This document shows positions 1 through 11,174 of a DNA stretch of 64,000 nt, one piece after another. The stretch comes from Candidatus Heimdallarchaeum endolithica. Lineage in GTDB: Archaea > Asgardarchaeota > Heimdallarchaeia > Heimdallarchaeales > Heimdallarchaeaceae. The position numbers were made by a program, and so were the translations under genes. The stretch is from positions 672,001 to 736,000 of the forward strand of contig CP084167.1 of NCBI GenBank assembly GCA_021513715.1, written 5' to 3'. Below the pieces are notes generated by a model. It was given only the letters and a program-made list of their open reading frames with translations, was not told the origin of the DNA and searched no databases. Each line of letters opens with the position of its first letter. Position 1 is the stretch's first letter.

Positions 1-237
1 TCAATGATTTCATAAAAAAATAAAATTTCAATCTATTTATTTATTTTTTGTGTGGAAAATAACAAAAACATTTATTTTCAAATAAATAAATTTGAAGGAA
101 AATATCTGATTATTGGAAAATATTTATCAAACTTACAAAGCCAAAAATCATAAAAAAACATATTCAAATTCTCATAAATAATATTACACTATTTTTTATT
201 TATGAATATTTAAATATGTAAATAGCCGCAAATTTTT

Positions 238-582
238 ATGGAAATCGGATATATTTACCTAATAATATTTGTTGTTTTCCTTGTTTTAGGGGTATTAACA
301 CATTTTGGTTATTTGAACATAATAATTGAACGTTATTCTGCTTTTCAACATCTTATTAGAAAGAAGAACTTTAAAGTTGATAAAAAGAAGGTATCAAAGT
401 ACTATGAGACTCATTTCTATTTCTTTAGTGTTTTATTCCTTATTTCTGGCATAATAGCCCTAGTTAATTTCACCAATGCTACTCAAGTAGCTTTTTGGAT
501 AGTTATTGGTACAATTATAATTGGTGTTTTGGCTTTTCTTTTCCTAAACATTTTGAAGAGATTTTTAATTTTTAAAGAATAA
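238..582 (+). CDS. Small membrane protein (about 3 TM), unknown function
   Basis: 114-aa ORF with three hydrophobic segments. Confidence 0.6.
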   Translation: MEIGYIYLIIFVVFLVLGVLTHFGYLNIIIERYSAFQHLIRKKNFKVDKKKVSKYYETHFYFFSVLFLISGIIALVNFTNATQVAFWIVIGTIIIGVLAFLFLNILKRFLIFKE

Positions 583-902
583 ACCTGTAATCTACCAATT
601 ATATTTTTTTTCCTAAAGACTATGTTGCAAACTTATTAGAAATTTTTTCTACTTTTTTTCAATCTCTTAAGTCAATTATTTTGTTTTAATATTTTAATAT
701 TGTTTAGAAACTATTTCTGCAATTTCTTATTCCACCATCAACTTAAATCTTTATGAATACCGATTTGCTGGATAATAAGAAAATGGACAAAAGTAAAAAG
801 AAGAAAACATTTTGAAGATTAAAAAGTAAACTAAGGAAACAGGAATGTTACCAAATTTTTATAACCAAAAAACGAATAGATGGAGTAAATTTCTAATTTT
901 CA

Positions 903-1277
903 TTATTCTAAGTATGGAATCACACAAAGAAAAACAACTTTCTCGCTTCCAATATTTTTATACCCATGAGGTTCATTAGGTGGAACGTACAACACATCAT
1001 TAGCTTTAACTTCTATCTCTTCTTCTTCATTAAAGACCACACAAGTGCCTTGAAGAAAGTAGATTTCGTGTTCTTGAGGATGATGGTGTAAACCTATTTG
1101 TCCTTTTGATTCAATTTCGAACCTTCGCATGGCAAATCTTGGAGCTCCATCTTCTTTACTAATCAACCATCTAATTGTTGTACCAGTTGACCCATAATCA
1201 TCAACATTCTTTTTTTCAACTTCTTCAAAATATTTCTTAATCATTTTATTCACAGTTACAATCAAGAATTCAACCAT
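903..1277 (-). CDS. Cupin domain protein
   Basis: Cupin motifs GLHHHPQEHEIY and VPPNEPHGYKN; true start may be the later ATG (MIKK). Confidence 0.85.
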   Translation of the reverse strand: MVEFLIVTVNKMIKKYFEEVEKKNVDDYGSTGTTIRWLISKEDGAPRFAMRRFEIESKGQIGLHHHPQEHEIYFLQGTCVVFNEEEEIEVKANDVLYVPPNEPHGYKNIGSEKVVFLCVIPYLE

Positions 1278-1502
1278 TTTTTAATTTTTCTCAAATTAAT
1301 ACTGTTTCAATTAATTTCAATATTCAAATAAAAAAGTAGGTCTGAAGATTGTTTATATCAAATAACTTTTTGGAATGTTGTTAAGCAATTCATTTTATAA
1401 TTGAATGATATAAGCTTTATCACATAATTTTTATCAAAAAAATCACACATTAATAATTTTAAAATAGAAAAACCTTAAATTTACTTCGTTTATACATAAT
1501 TT

Positions 1503-2288
1503 ATGGGAAAAGCTGAAAAAGATTATATTGATCAACTAGATGCCCAGTACAAACGTCAATCTGTATGGACAAAAGATTATAGAAATAGGATCTATCGTCA
1601 GATTGGGATTAAAGGAGCTAGAAGAGTACTTGAAGTTGGTTGTGGAACAGGAACAATAACCAAAGAAATACGTGAAAAAACTTCTGCCCAAATAACTGCA
1701 ATAGATAGAGATCATTTAGTTATTGCCACTGCACAAGAAAATATTACAGATGTAGAATTTTATCGTATGAGCGTTGAAAAGATGTCTTTTCGAGACGAAA
1801 CTTTTAATATTGTTTTGTGCAACTATTTCTTTATGTGGCTTGATAAACCTTTCAAGTCTCTTATGGAAATGGTTAGGGTTTGTAAAACAGGGGGATACAT
1901 AGTCGCTCTTGCAGAACCTGATTATGGAGGGTGGATAGAACACCCTGATTTTGGTTTAGGAAAGCAACACATTGAAGGAATTAAAAAACAAGGTGCGGAC
2001 CCTTTTGTGGGAAGAAAAATTCTTTCTCTGTTTGAATCTGCAGGATTAGAAACAAATATCTCTGTTGTGGCAAATGTGTGGGAAAAGGAAAGGTTATTAG
2101 AACAAATCAAGAATGAGTGGAAACTTGTTTTAGAAACAGAACAGATAACTGATGAAGAGTACCAAGAGATAATGAAAAAAGAAGTAAAAACGATAGAAGA
2201 GAACATGAGAATGATTTTCTTACCTATATTTTCTGCGGTAGGCAAAAAAGTAAGATGTGTACAAGAACCAAAAACCACTTCTTCATAA
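1503..2288 (+). CDS. Class I SAM-dependent methyltransferase
   Basis: VLEVGCGTG motif I, AID, FNIV, EMVRVCKTGG. Confidence 0.9.
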   Translation: MGKAEKDYIDQLDAQYKRQSVWTKDYRNRIYRQIGIKGARRVLEVGCGTGTITKEIREKTSAQITAIDRDHLVIATAQENITDVEFYRMSVEKMSFRDETFNIVLCNYFFMWLDKPFKSLMEMVRVCKTGGYIVALAEPDYGGWIEHPDFGLGKQHIEGIKKQGADPFVGRKILSLFESAGLETNISVVANVWEKERLLEQIKNEWKLVLETEQITDEEYQEIMKKEVKTIEENMRMIFLPIFSAVGKKVRCVQEPKTTSS

Positions 2289-2367
2289 ATTCTTTTTTTT
2301 TCAAATCATATTTAACTACAACTTGATTACAAAGGATTTTTTAATAATAAATATAATTAGAAGTTAA

Positions 2368-3057
2368 ATGGATAATATTTCACTATTCTTCTTAATTTTA
2401 TTTGCTGTAGTGTCGATTTTGCATATTATCGGAGAGTTTACAATTGATCTAAAGAACAAACGAAATACTATTTTGAACTCAATTACCAAACTTCTTATTA
2501 TCCCATCGTTATTAGTTTTTTACATCATTTCAGTAATTTCAATATATCCCTTTATAGTCTCTGCTTTAGTTTCAGGGTTCTTGGGAGATTTATTTTTACT
2601 TTTACAAAGAATATATAGAAAAGAACGATTCTTCTATTTAGGACTAGGTTCTTTTGGTCTTGGACATATTTTCTACACTTCTAACTTCATTATTTTATCT
2701 TCTTTCCACGATTTTAGATGCTATTCTATTTTTCTTACATTTCCATTTCTTTTAGCAGGAATAACAATAGCTAAAATTCTATTATCACATATTGAAAAGA
2801 AAAAAGAGAAGATTTCAGTAGTTATTTACATTTTACTAACAGTTATTCTAGGAATTGGTTCTTCCTTACTTTTGGCTTCAAGTTATCTAACAGGTGAGTT
2901 ACTAATCTATATTGGAACTATATTTTTTGCTATTTCAGATGGAATGAATGGATATTGCAGATTTGTTAAACAGATAAAATACAAAGAAACTATAATTATG
3001 AGCACTTATATTGTAGCTCAATTTTTAATTATTTATAATATTATAAAAATTGTTTGA
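2368..3057 (+). CDS. YhhN/TMEM86-family lysoplasmalogenase-like membrane protein
   Basis: GDLFLL, GLGSFGLGHIFY, GTIFFAISD, TYIVAQFLI motifs; about 8 TM. Confidence 0.8.
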   Translation: MDNISLFFLILFAVVSILHIIGEFTIDLKNKRNTILNSITKLLIIPSLLVFYIISVISIYPFIVSALVSGFLGDLFLLLQRIYRKERFFYLGLGSFGLGHIFYTSNFIILSSFHDFRCYSIFLTFPFLLAGITIAKILLSHIEKKKEKISVVIYILLTVILGIGSSLLLASSYLTGELLIYIGTIFFAISDGMNGYCRFVKQIKYKETIIMSTYIVAQFLIIYNIIKIV

Positions 3058-3548
3058 CAAAAATGAATATCTCTATTTAAAAATAATTATTATAATATTT
3101 ACTACAAAAAATTGAATTTAGGAATGAGTTAGAGAAAAGAAAGTATATTCGACTGGAAAAGAAAAAGGATCAAAATATTTTATAATAATAAGGAGTTTTT
3201 TCACTTTCTTTTTCTGATTAACATTTCTGGTTCTCACAATTATCTATCTTGTGATTGTGAAAAACTTGAAAAATTCTATTCATAAAAACCTTTAGTAATA
3301 GAAACATAATGTACAAAAAGTTTATTGAAAATTCTTACAATAATATCAGTCTTTCTTTCGATATAGTCTACTTTATTTTCTTCACCTAATTTTTTGTTTA
3401 CTTTCAAAAATAAAAAAATAGAAAAAAATAATTTTAAGTTATTAGAAAAAAAGTAATTGTTTCTTTGACTTATTACTTTTAATTAACCCTATCTTATTTT
3501 AATAATAACTTTATATATTAAAATCTTCTACCTACTAGAAATCACAAG

Positions 3549-4703
3549 GTGAAAAAGGTGTCAACCAAAAGTAATGAAAATCAAGTTGTATCCACTCAAA
3601 CCAGTGAGAATACAAACATTTTGCGTTTACCAGCAGAAAAGAAGTACGAAAAAGAGTTAGAGTTTCTTCATTCTATTGATAAAGGCAAGAAGCCAACAAA
3701 TTGGTACCTTTCTCCTCAGATGTTACGAACTTTTATTTTGGGTTCAAATGAACACAATATGAAAATAGAAAAAAAGTTTTACGGCGATCAGAGTTTAGTA
3801 GAAAGAGCAATAGTTACATTAGCGAGTGATAGGGGATTATTACTTATAGGTGATCCTGGTACAGGAAAATCTTGGTTAGCAGAACTTCTTGCAGCAGGAA
3901 TAAGTAGAAATTCTACTCTTGTTGTACAAGGGACTGCTGCTACTACAGAAGACCAAATAAAATACTCATGGAATATCGCTTCAGTAATAGCTTCTGGCCA
4001 ATCTCTTGAAACTCTTATTCCATCTCCAATAATGCAAGCTATGGAAAAAGGATGTATTGGACGTTTTGAGGAACTTACTCGTTGTACTTCAGATGTACAG
4101 GATTCTCTTATTTCTATTCTTTCAGAAAAATATATTTCTATTCCTGAACTTTCTGAGCAAATTGTCCATGCAAAAGAAGGGTTCAATGTTATTGCAACTG
4201 CTAACAGTAGAGATAAAGGAGTAAATGATCTTTCCTCTGCATTAAAACGGAGATTCAATTTTGTAACAATACCGATAGTAACGGATACAAAAACTGAGAA
4301 AAACATAATCAACTTCCGAATCAAGGATCTAATGGAAAAGAAAGGTCTAAGTACATCAGTTCCACAACCACTAATTGATATTTTATTAGAAACTTTCAAC
4401 GCTCTTCGAGATACAAATAAATCAAAAAAGAATGAAAATGAAAGACTTGAATCTTCTCTCTCAACAGCAGAACAAATAGGTATCTTAGAAGATGCGCTCT
4501 TACAATCGATATTTTTCACGGAGTACACTCAAGAGCAAGCACTAGCTCGTTCAATAATTGGAGGTTTAACTAGACGTTTGCCTGAAGATCTTACGCTCAT
4601 GAACAAGTTTTGGCATTCTGTTGTCAAAGAAAAAAGTCAAAAGTCTGAAAACTGGAAAAAGTATTTCTCTGAAGGAAAGAAAACAATAAAGACTTTTACA
4701 TGA
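3549..4703 (+). CDS. MoxR-type AAA+ ATPase (YehL-like)
   Basis: Walker A GDPGTGKS, Walker B RFEE, ATAN, SALKRRF arginine finger. Confidence 0.9.
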   Translation: MKKVSTKSNENQVVSTQTSENTNILRLPAEKKYEKELEFLHSIDKGKKPTNWYLSPQMLRTFILGSNEHNMKIEKKFYGDQSLVERAIVTLASDRGLLLIGDPGTGKSWLAELLAAGISRNSTLVVQGTAATTEDQIKYSWNIASVIASGQSLETLIPSPIMQAMEKGCIGRFEELTRCTSDVQDSLISILSEKYISIPELSEQIVHAKEGFNVIATANSRDKGVNDLSSALKRRFNFVTIPIVTDTKTEKNIINFRIKDLMEKKGLSTSVPQPLIDILLETFNALRDTNKSKKNENERLESSLSTAEQIGILEDALLQSIFFTEYTQEQALARSIIGGLTRRLPEDLTLMNKFWHSVVKEKSQKSENWKKYFSEGKKTIKTFT

Positions 4704-4719
4704 ACAGAGGTAGGTATTA

Positions 4720-7653
4720 ATGGCAACAAGTGGCTCCTCTTCAATTTCGGAACAACTTGATACAAATAAAAGTCTCTTAAAGCAACTGATAGAGGTGTCA
4801 AAGGAAATTGAGAAAGAAAAACAATCAAATTCTGTTGAAATTTTTTTAAAGACAATAATCAAAGATATCAAAAGAGTAGAAAATGAAACATTAGAGATTA
4901 TTCCTGTTTCACATTACTCTCTTTCTTCTGCTGTTCATGTATGGCAGAGATTATCAGAAAAAAAACCTAAGGTTATATTTCTTGAAGCACCAGAGGATTT
5001 TGAGAGAGAATTGGAAAATATAAAATATTGCACCCCTCCTGTAGCTTTTCAAGGAATATTAGTCAAAACAGAAGAAATTGACCATGTGTTCTTGCCTATT
5101 AACTCTTATACAATCGTTTCAGAAGCTTCTGCAGAATATCAAGCAATAAAATATGCTTTTGAAAACCCAGGAACAGAGCTAATTTTTGTTGATGCTCCTT
5201 GTACTAATCGTGTAAAATGGGAGCAAAAATATCTTGCAACTAAAAAATATAAAGCAAAAAAAGAAGAGATTAATGCTAATAACTACAATTTCATTATTGG
5301 AAACACGATTCCAACAAAAAAGGAATTTCTAATCACACTTCTTGAAAAAACAAATTTCGATGATTATAGTCTTTGGTGGGAACAAGTAGCTGAAAATGCA
5401 CTTTTAGATCTCTCTTATGATAATTATAGATATGTAATGGTTTTATTAGGGAGTGTTTTTCGTCGCTCTGGTTCTGATGATAAATTAGAAATAATTAGTT
5501 CTCTAAGAGATAAATTCATGTGGAATAAAATTAAAAGTGTGATAAATTCAAAAAAACTTCAACCAGAAGACTGTGTTTTTATTTGTGGAGCAGCACATGC
5601 AATTGCAACAGTTGAAGAATGGGGAATGAAAGGAATAAAGAAAAAAAATAGACGCAGTAGAAAATCAGAATGGAAATACGGAATAAATCAAGTCGACTAC
5701 AATTTAATAGATCAAATTGCTAATAAAACTCCTGGTTCCACTTCTGAAATACATGCGAAGTGGGATGCAATAAAGAGATCTGTTTACAAAAATAAAAAAG
5801 AAGAAATAACTTTAGAACTAGACAAGTATAATCAAGCTGTTCATGATAAAATACTCACTTGGGCTTCTGAAACAGTGAAAAAAGCGAGAAAAGCAGGTTA
5901 TATTACTAGCCCTGCAGACAGTATTGCAATTGTAGAGCTTACATACGCTCTTAAAGAAATTAGAAATAGAGCACGAATCACACCACGAGAATTTATTGAT
6001 GCGGCAGTTACAAGTATTCAAAAAAACGATTTATATCTTCAACCAGTAGAGGAACTAATTGATGAATACATATTTCCTAATGTTTTAGGAAAAGTAGGGT
6101 ATAAAGCCTTGCCAAGCTTGGCAAAAGATGTTTTTGATCGACTTTCTATCTTAAAAATTTCAAGAGATTCAAACAGAGTTCAAAGAGTGCTATTAGATTT
6201 AGATAAACAACCAGAACTCAAACCTGTTTCTGATTTACTCTGGATGTTAAAACACATGAATATTAATGTTGTTCCAATTGCTGGAAAAAAAACCCTTGGA
6301 AAACATATTAAACAAGAATCATGGGATTTATACATCTACAAAAACAAAAACCCTCTGATTTGGCTTTCATTAGAAGGAATATCAGTAGAAGAAGTTTTTC
6401 GTTCCCGAATAACGAAAAAAGTGAAAAAAGATCCTTCAATTTTATCTATTTTAGAAGCTATAAAATCGGTACTTACTTATTTGAATTATAAGGATATATT
6501 ATTATTCACTCTCTCTAATTTACTATTTTCTAATCTTGAAGGTATAATATTTGAAGATCAAAAAAAACTATATTCTTTAACTTTAGAGCTTTTAAACTAC
6601 TTAAGAACTCTCAAAGAAGGTATCCCAAAATGGTTTATCTATTACATTGTTAGTTCTTACAGACAATATTGTCAAGAGCTAGTTAAAGCAGCAGCAGATA
6701 ACTCAATCTCTGCAGAACAGTTTTCCATGATTTTCTCTTTCATTTTCAAAATCGAAGGAATAGCCCTAACAGAAGGAGCAAGTAGAGAAGAATTAGAAAT
6801 AGCAATCAAACTAACTCTTGACTTGGATGAAATTCCTGAAAATAAGAAAATTATAGCTTTAGCTGCTAATAGTTTGCTTAAGCAAGAAAATGAAAAAGAA
6901 CTAAGACAAATTATATCAAAGGTCTTCTGGAATCCACAAATTATTCAATCAGCTTCAGAAATTGTTTTAGCTTTAGTATATTCTTCAAATTTTGCTCCCA
7001 ACCTAATATTTCTTTTTATAGAATTCTTAGACCAATGTTTTCGAAGATTGAGCGATAATCTTATCTCTCAGTGGTTACCACTATTGACTTCACAAATGAA
7101 AAAGTTAGATCAAAACTATGTTATACAAATCGCTCAAATAGTCAAGAGGTATTATAATCGAGATCTCAAACAAATTGAAGTAATGAATGTTTGGTACGAT
7201 GAAAGTTTATATGCCACGATAACAGACAGAAGAGAAAGAGAAACAGAGATAGCAATTGAAACTGAAAATATTATTATATCTACTAACTTTATTCATAATT
7301 TTATTTATGCTTTTCCAGAAACACTTAACCAACTTTGCTTACTATTAGGTTTTGAACAAATAAAACAATTTCCACTATTTAGTCAATCAACTACTTCAAT
7401 TAGTTCAATTGAAAAAACAGTAGAAAAAGAGATTCCACTTATTACAAGAATTCTAATTAAGAATCCTGCAACAATAATCAATATTAAAAAAATTTTTGAG
7501 ATAAAAAAAGAGTTCACTATCACTAAACAAGATTTGGAAAAATCTAATAAAATTGACAAAGAAAAAGAAGATCTAAAGACATGTGACTCTCCATTTTCTA
7601 TTTTAAAATCTCATTCTCAAACCCTTGAGAAAACTAGTGAATTATTAAGGTGA
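4720..7653 (+). CDS. Large MoxR-associated protein (DUF5682/YehM-like)
   Basis: PVSHYS, IFLEAPED, SAEYQAI, RDKFM, VFICGAAH motifs; operon position. Confidence 0.65.
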   Translation: MATSGSSSISEQLDTNKSLLKQLIEVSKEIEKEKQSNSVEIFLKTIIKDIKRVENETLEIIPVSHYSLSSAVHVWQRLSEKKPKVIFLEAPEDFERELENIKYCTPPVAFQGILVKTEEIDHVFLPINSYTIVSEASAEYQAIKYAFENPGTELIFVDAPCTNRVKWEQKYLATKKYKAKKEEINANNYNFIIGNTIPTKKEFLITLLEKTNFDDYSLWWEQVAENALLDLSYDNYRYVMVLLGSVFRRSGSDDKLEIISSLRDKFMWNKIKSVINSKKLQPEDCVFICGAAHAIATVEEWGMKGIKKKNRRSRKSEWKYGINQVDYNLIDQIANKTPGSTSEIHAKWDAIKRSVYKNKKEEITLELDKYNQAVHDKILTWASETVKKARKAGYITSPADSIAIVELTYALKEIRNRARITPREFIDAAVTSIQKNDLYLQPVEELIDEYIFPNVLGKVGYKALPSLAKDVFDRLSILKISRDSNRVQRVLLDLDKQPELKPVSDLLWMLKHMNINVVPIAGKKTLGKHIKQESWDLYIYKNKNPLIWLSLEGISVEEVFRSRITKKVKKDPSILSILEAIKSVLTYLNYKDILLFTLSNLLFSNLEGIIFEDQKKLYSLTLELLNYLRTLKEGIPKWFIYYIVSSYRQYCQELVKAAADNSISAEQFSMIFSFIFKIEGIALTEGASREELEIAIKLTLDLDEIPENKKIIALAANSLLKQENEKELRQIISKVFWNPQIIQSASEIVLALVYSSNFAPNLIFLFIEFLDQCFRRLSDNLISQWLPLLTSQMKKLDQNYVIQIAQIVKRYYNRDLKQIEVMNVWYDESLYATITDRRERETEIAIETENIIISTNFIHNFIYAFPETLNQLCLLLGFEQIKQFPLFSQSTTSISSIEKTVEKEIPLITRILIKNPATIINIKKIFEIKKEFTITKQDLEKSNKIDKEKEDLKTCDSPFSILKSHSQTLEKTSELLR

Positions 7654-7660
7654 AAAAATA

Positions 7661-8140
7661 ATGGGTAATAAAATAATAGAAGAAAAAGAAGAAAAAAACA
7701 ATTTTTATCTTTCTATTATCCCTAGAAATACACCTCCTAGAAGAAATTATAAAATCAAAAAAGTCCCTTTTATGGAGTTTAGAGATAACAAAATTCAAGG
7801 AGTAGTTTCTAGCGGAAGTAGTTTTGAACGAGTATATGTTTGTGTTATAAATCTAGAAGACAAAACATTTACATGCCACACAAACAACAATCGTCCTTGT
7901 GGAGGACTAAGAGAAAGAATGTGTAGTCACATCAAAGCTCTACTTGATGTAGCACTACGCAATCAGGAAACTGAATTACTGTTTATGCAATACGATTTTG
8001 ACTTTTTTGACCCTGATGGAAGTAGACGCTATTCTGATGTTTTTACTCGCTTTCAAGAACAATTACATTTTCTAGAAATTAAAATGGATGAGAAAGAAAA
8101 TTTTCCTGAAATGAATTGGTTTGTAGGTGATTTATCATGA
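7661..8140 (+). CDS. SWIM-like zinc-finger protein
   Basis: FTCHTNNNRPCGGL...CSHI. Confidence 0.65.
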   Translation: MGNKIIEEKEEKNNFYLSIIPRNTPPRRNYKIKKVPFMEFRDNKIQGVVSSGSSFERVYVCVINLEDKTFTCHTNNNRPCGGLRERMCSHIKALLDVALRNQETELLFMQYDFDFFDPDGSRRYSDVFTRFQEQLHFLEIKMDEKENFPEMNWFVGDLS

Positions 8141-9447
8141 ACCAAATAATTATTGAAGAAAAGACTCTTGATGAAATAAGAAAAGTTCAATCTGTTTTGC
8201 AAGAACTTAGCGAGATCTTCATGATAGGGCTAGGTAAACTTACCAAGAAAGAAAAAGAAATTTTCGATAAAGTTAATGAAGGTTTTTCGCATACTCCTCT
8301 CTCTGAAGTTCTTGCAAATAGTTTTTCCAAACTCAAAAACTCTGATTTTTCTGAAGATGTTATTACTCCCCTTGTTTATGCTATCTTATCTCTTCAAGGA
8401 GCAATATATGATGCTTTATTCACTACTGTAGGTGAAGAAAGAACATTTACAGAAATAGGTAAAGTAGAATATTACGATTTTTCACAAGAAAAAGCTGTTC
8501 TTATGGAAAATATAAGAAAATGGTTAATTAGCTTACTCATTAGCGGATTTAAAGATTTACAACTAGATAATATAGATTCGTTTTCCTCTGTGCTTGAAAC
8601 AATTTCCTCATATCCTGAATTAACCCGATTAAATGTCTTGTTGCGAGGATTAATCTGCGATTTTAAATTTACACAGAATAAAAAAGAACTAAAAAAATAT
8701 GCTATTCGATTTCTGGATCTTTGGACAAAAAGTTATTTTCTCACTTTAATGGAAATAAAAACTAAAAATAAACGAATTGAAAATGCTAAATTCTATCCCA
8801 TAGCCTATCAACACTTCATCCACGAACAATTCTTTGTAGGAATAATTAGAGGAATTGTACAAACAAAGGATAACAGTCTATTTGTTAATTTAGAATTTCC
8901 TAGTTTTGTATCACCTCTTATTCCATCAAAAGAGTTTTACAGCTTAATCTATAAAAACAATGAAGAACTTTTTACTGCTCTTAAGCAATCCAAGGTTGTG
9001 ATTATTGAAGAAGCTTCTCTAAGTCCTCAAGGAGTAATGCACATAGAAAAATTTACAGTTTCTGATAAATCATTCAATATTAAAGAAGTTTATGAGAATA
9101 CAAATAATTTCAAAGATATCTATTTAATAAAAAAACCTTCTTTGGATAGACATCATGTACATTACTTTCTACCATTTTTTATCGAAGAAAAACTGCCAAA
9201 ATTGAGTACCACAGAGGACACTAAAATTAAATTTAGAAACAATAAATTCAAAAAAAATTCAAAACATTTTAAAAAACCTAAATTTGTTGAACTTCGTTAC
9301 GATAACGATTTCTATTGGAATATAATTCAATTTTATTTACCAAAGTTTCCAGAAGAAATTTTGTATTTTGAAACAAAAAATATCAAAATTAAAACAGAAA
9401 CTTATGAGCTTATGAAAGAAAAAAGTAGTAAAATACTTAGGAAGTGA
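8137..9447 (+). CDS. Hypothetical protein of the MoxR/VWA cluster
   Basis: 436-aa ORF, ATGA overlap with the upstream gene. Confidence 0.7.
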   Translation: MNQIIIEEKTLDEIRKVQSVLQELSEIFMIGLGKLTKKEKEIFDKVNEGFSHTPLSEVLANSFSKLKNSDFSEDVITPLVYAILSLQGAIYDALFTTVGEERTFTEIGKVEYYDFSQEKAVLMENIRKWLISLLISGFKDLQLDNIDSFSSVLETISSYPELTRLNVLLRGLICDFKFTQNKKELKKYAIRFLDLWTKSYFLTLMEIKTKNKRIENAKFYPIAYQHFIHEQFFVGIIRGIVQTKDNSLFVNLEFPSFVSPLIPSKEFYSLIYKNNEELFTALKQSKVVIIEEASLSPQGVMHIEKFTVSDKSFNIKEVYENTNNFKDIYLIKKPSLDRHHVHYFLPFFIEEKLPKLSTTEDTKIKFRNNKFKKNSKHFKKPKFVELRYDNDFYWNIIQFYLPKFPEEILYFETKNIKIKTETYELMKEKSSKILRK

Positions 9448-9451
9448 ATAA

Positions 9452-11062
9452 ATGTCTTTAAAGAGCCATAATATAAAAGCTGCAACATATTGGAATACAC
9501 TATTAAGTTCGATTAACAGCAAAAATAAATTAGAAAATATTATCCCTAAACTTTGCAAAGAAAACGGGCTTCCTCAAAACTTTCTAGAACAAAACTTTGA
9601 TTTTAAAGATCTTACTCTTCCTGAAGAAAAACAATCAGAAGAAATTCAACAATTTCAAAAGCTTCTTGAAGAAAAACGAATAGATTTCAAGAATTCTTCT
9701 CTAAATCAAATTATTAAGCAAATTATGACGATGAGAGAAGAACAAAATCCAGAGGATAAAAAAACAAGTTCTTCCTCTTCCAACTTTACGAATCTTCAAC
9801 GTCTTGTTTTTTCTAAAGTATTTCAAGAAATTTTTCAACCTGTACAAAAATCTAAAGTAACAGCAAATGATTTTTCAGAATGGAAAGAAAATAAACAACT
9901 TTGTCAAGAAGCATTCGAAGAAATTACTCAAATAGAAGTAGAATTAGAAAAACAAAAACATTCAAAGAAAGATTTGGAAACAACGATTGATGATATTTCA
10001 CTTTCTGAAAAAGAAAAAGAAAAATTAACTGATGAATCACCTATTCCTCTAATTGAAGGAGAAAAAGCCAAAGTTTCATCTAAAAAAGGAAAAGGAAAAC
10101 AAAAGTCTTTAGAGAAATCACCTATTGGAGGAACAGAAAAAGGGCAAGGTTTTTTTGTCGATAGAAGAGAGTTGGAAGAAGTTTTTGATCTTATTGAGAA
10201 TGAAATGATTTCAAAGATGAAAATCATTGAATTATTACAAGACGATGAATTGGCAAAAAAAGTCAGTCCTTCAATAGGTATAGTTGAACAACTTCTTCAT
10301 TTAAAAAAGAGTTTACCTGCTTCTGCCATGACAAATGCTAAAATGATTATAAAAAAATATGTACGAGAAGTATCAGATCTATTTAAAACCAGATTTGATA
10401 AATCGATCAAAAAAGTACCGAATCCTGATATTGTGCCAAAGAAAGTTTTTAGAAATCTAGATCTTCAAAGAACAATCTGGAAGAATTTGCCAAATTATGA
10501 CATACAAGAAAGAAAATTGTACGTAGACCGACTCTATTATCATCGTGCAGGAAAAAAAGAATTACCCTCTAAAGTAGTGATAGTAGTTGACCAAAGCGGT
10601 TCAATGGTAGAAGCAATGGTACAAACTGTCATTCTTGCATCAATATTTGCTCAGTTACCTAAAGTAAATGTAGATTTGCTAGCTTTTGACACAAAAGTAA
10701 TTGATCTAACAAAATATGTTAATGATCCCTTAGAAGCTTTATTAAAAACTAATCTAGGAGGAGGAACATCAATAACTTATGCTTTAAAGGAAGCACAAAA
10801 GAAAATACAAAATCCATCAAAAACAGCTCTAGTATTGATCACTGATTATTATGAAGGAGGAAACGCATATGAAAAACTGTTTAATACAATTAAAGATATC
10901 AAAGATAATGGAACGAAATTCATTTCTATTGCTTCTATGACAAGAAAAGGTTATGTCGACGTCAATAGTAATTTTGTACATGCGTTAAAGAAAGAAGGAA
11001 TAGAGACAATTATGGGAAATTTCGACAGATTAATAGAGTTGTTAAGAAAATATCTGTTGTAA
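9452..11062 (+). CDS. VWA domain protein (CoxE/YehP-like)
   Basis: MIDAS DQSGSM, GGGTSI, LITDYYEG; LDLQRTIWKNL motif. Confidence 0.9.
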   Translation: MSLKSHNIKAATYWNTLLSSINSKNKLENIIPKLCKENGLPQNFLEQNFDFKDLTLPEEKQSEEIQQFQKLLEEKRIDFKNSSLNQIIKQIMTMREEQNPEDKKTSSSSSNFTNLQRLVFSKVFQEIFQPVQKSKVTANDFSEWKENKQLCQEAFEEITQIEVELEKQKHSKKDLETTIDDISLSEKEKEKLTDESPIPLIEGEKAKVSSKKGKGKQKSLEKSPIGGTEKGQGFFVDRRELEEVFDLIENEMISKMKIIELLQDDELAKKVSPSIGIVEQLLHLKKSLPASAMTNAKMIIKKYVREVSDLFKTRFDKSIKKVPNPDIVPKKVFRNLDLQRTIWKNLPNYDIQERKLYVDRLYYHRAGKKELPSKVVIVVDQSGSMVEAMVQTVILASIFAQLPKVNVDLLAFDTKVIDLTKYVNDPLEALLKTNLGGGTSITYALKEAQKKIQNPSKTALVLITDYYEGGNAYEKLFNTIKDIKDNGTKFISIASMTRKGYVDVNSNFVHALKKEGIETIMGNFDRLIELLRKYLL

Positions 11063-11174
11063 ATTGAGTTTGCAAACGTTCTCTTTTTTTGTTCAATTTA
11101 TAATAAAGAAAAATCAATAACATTTCTTTTTTCATTCTAACAACTTTAAATAATACCTTTTTTCGCACAATTCT

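Noticed and set aside
3788-4528. 246-aa antisense ORF and similar shadow ORFs (e.g. 1922-2278, 16850-17434, 33832-34104, 61359-61655, 63138-63428)
   Set aside because: They lie opposite well-supported genes, have Ser/Phe/Ile-rich mirror composition and show no motifs.
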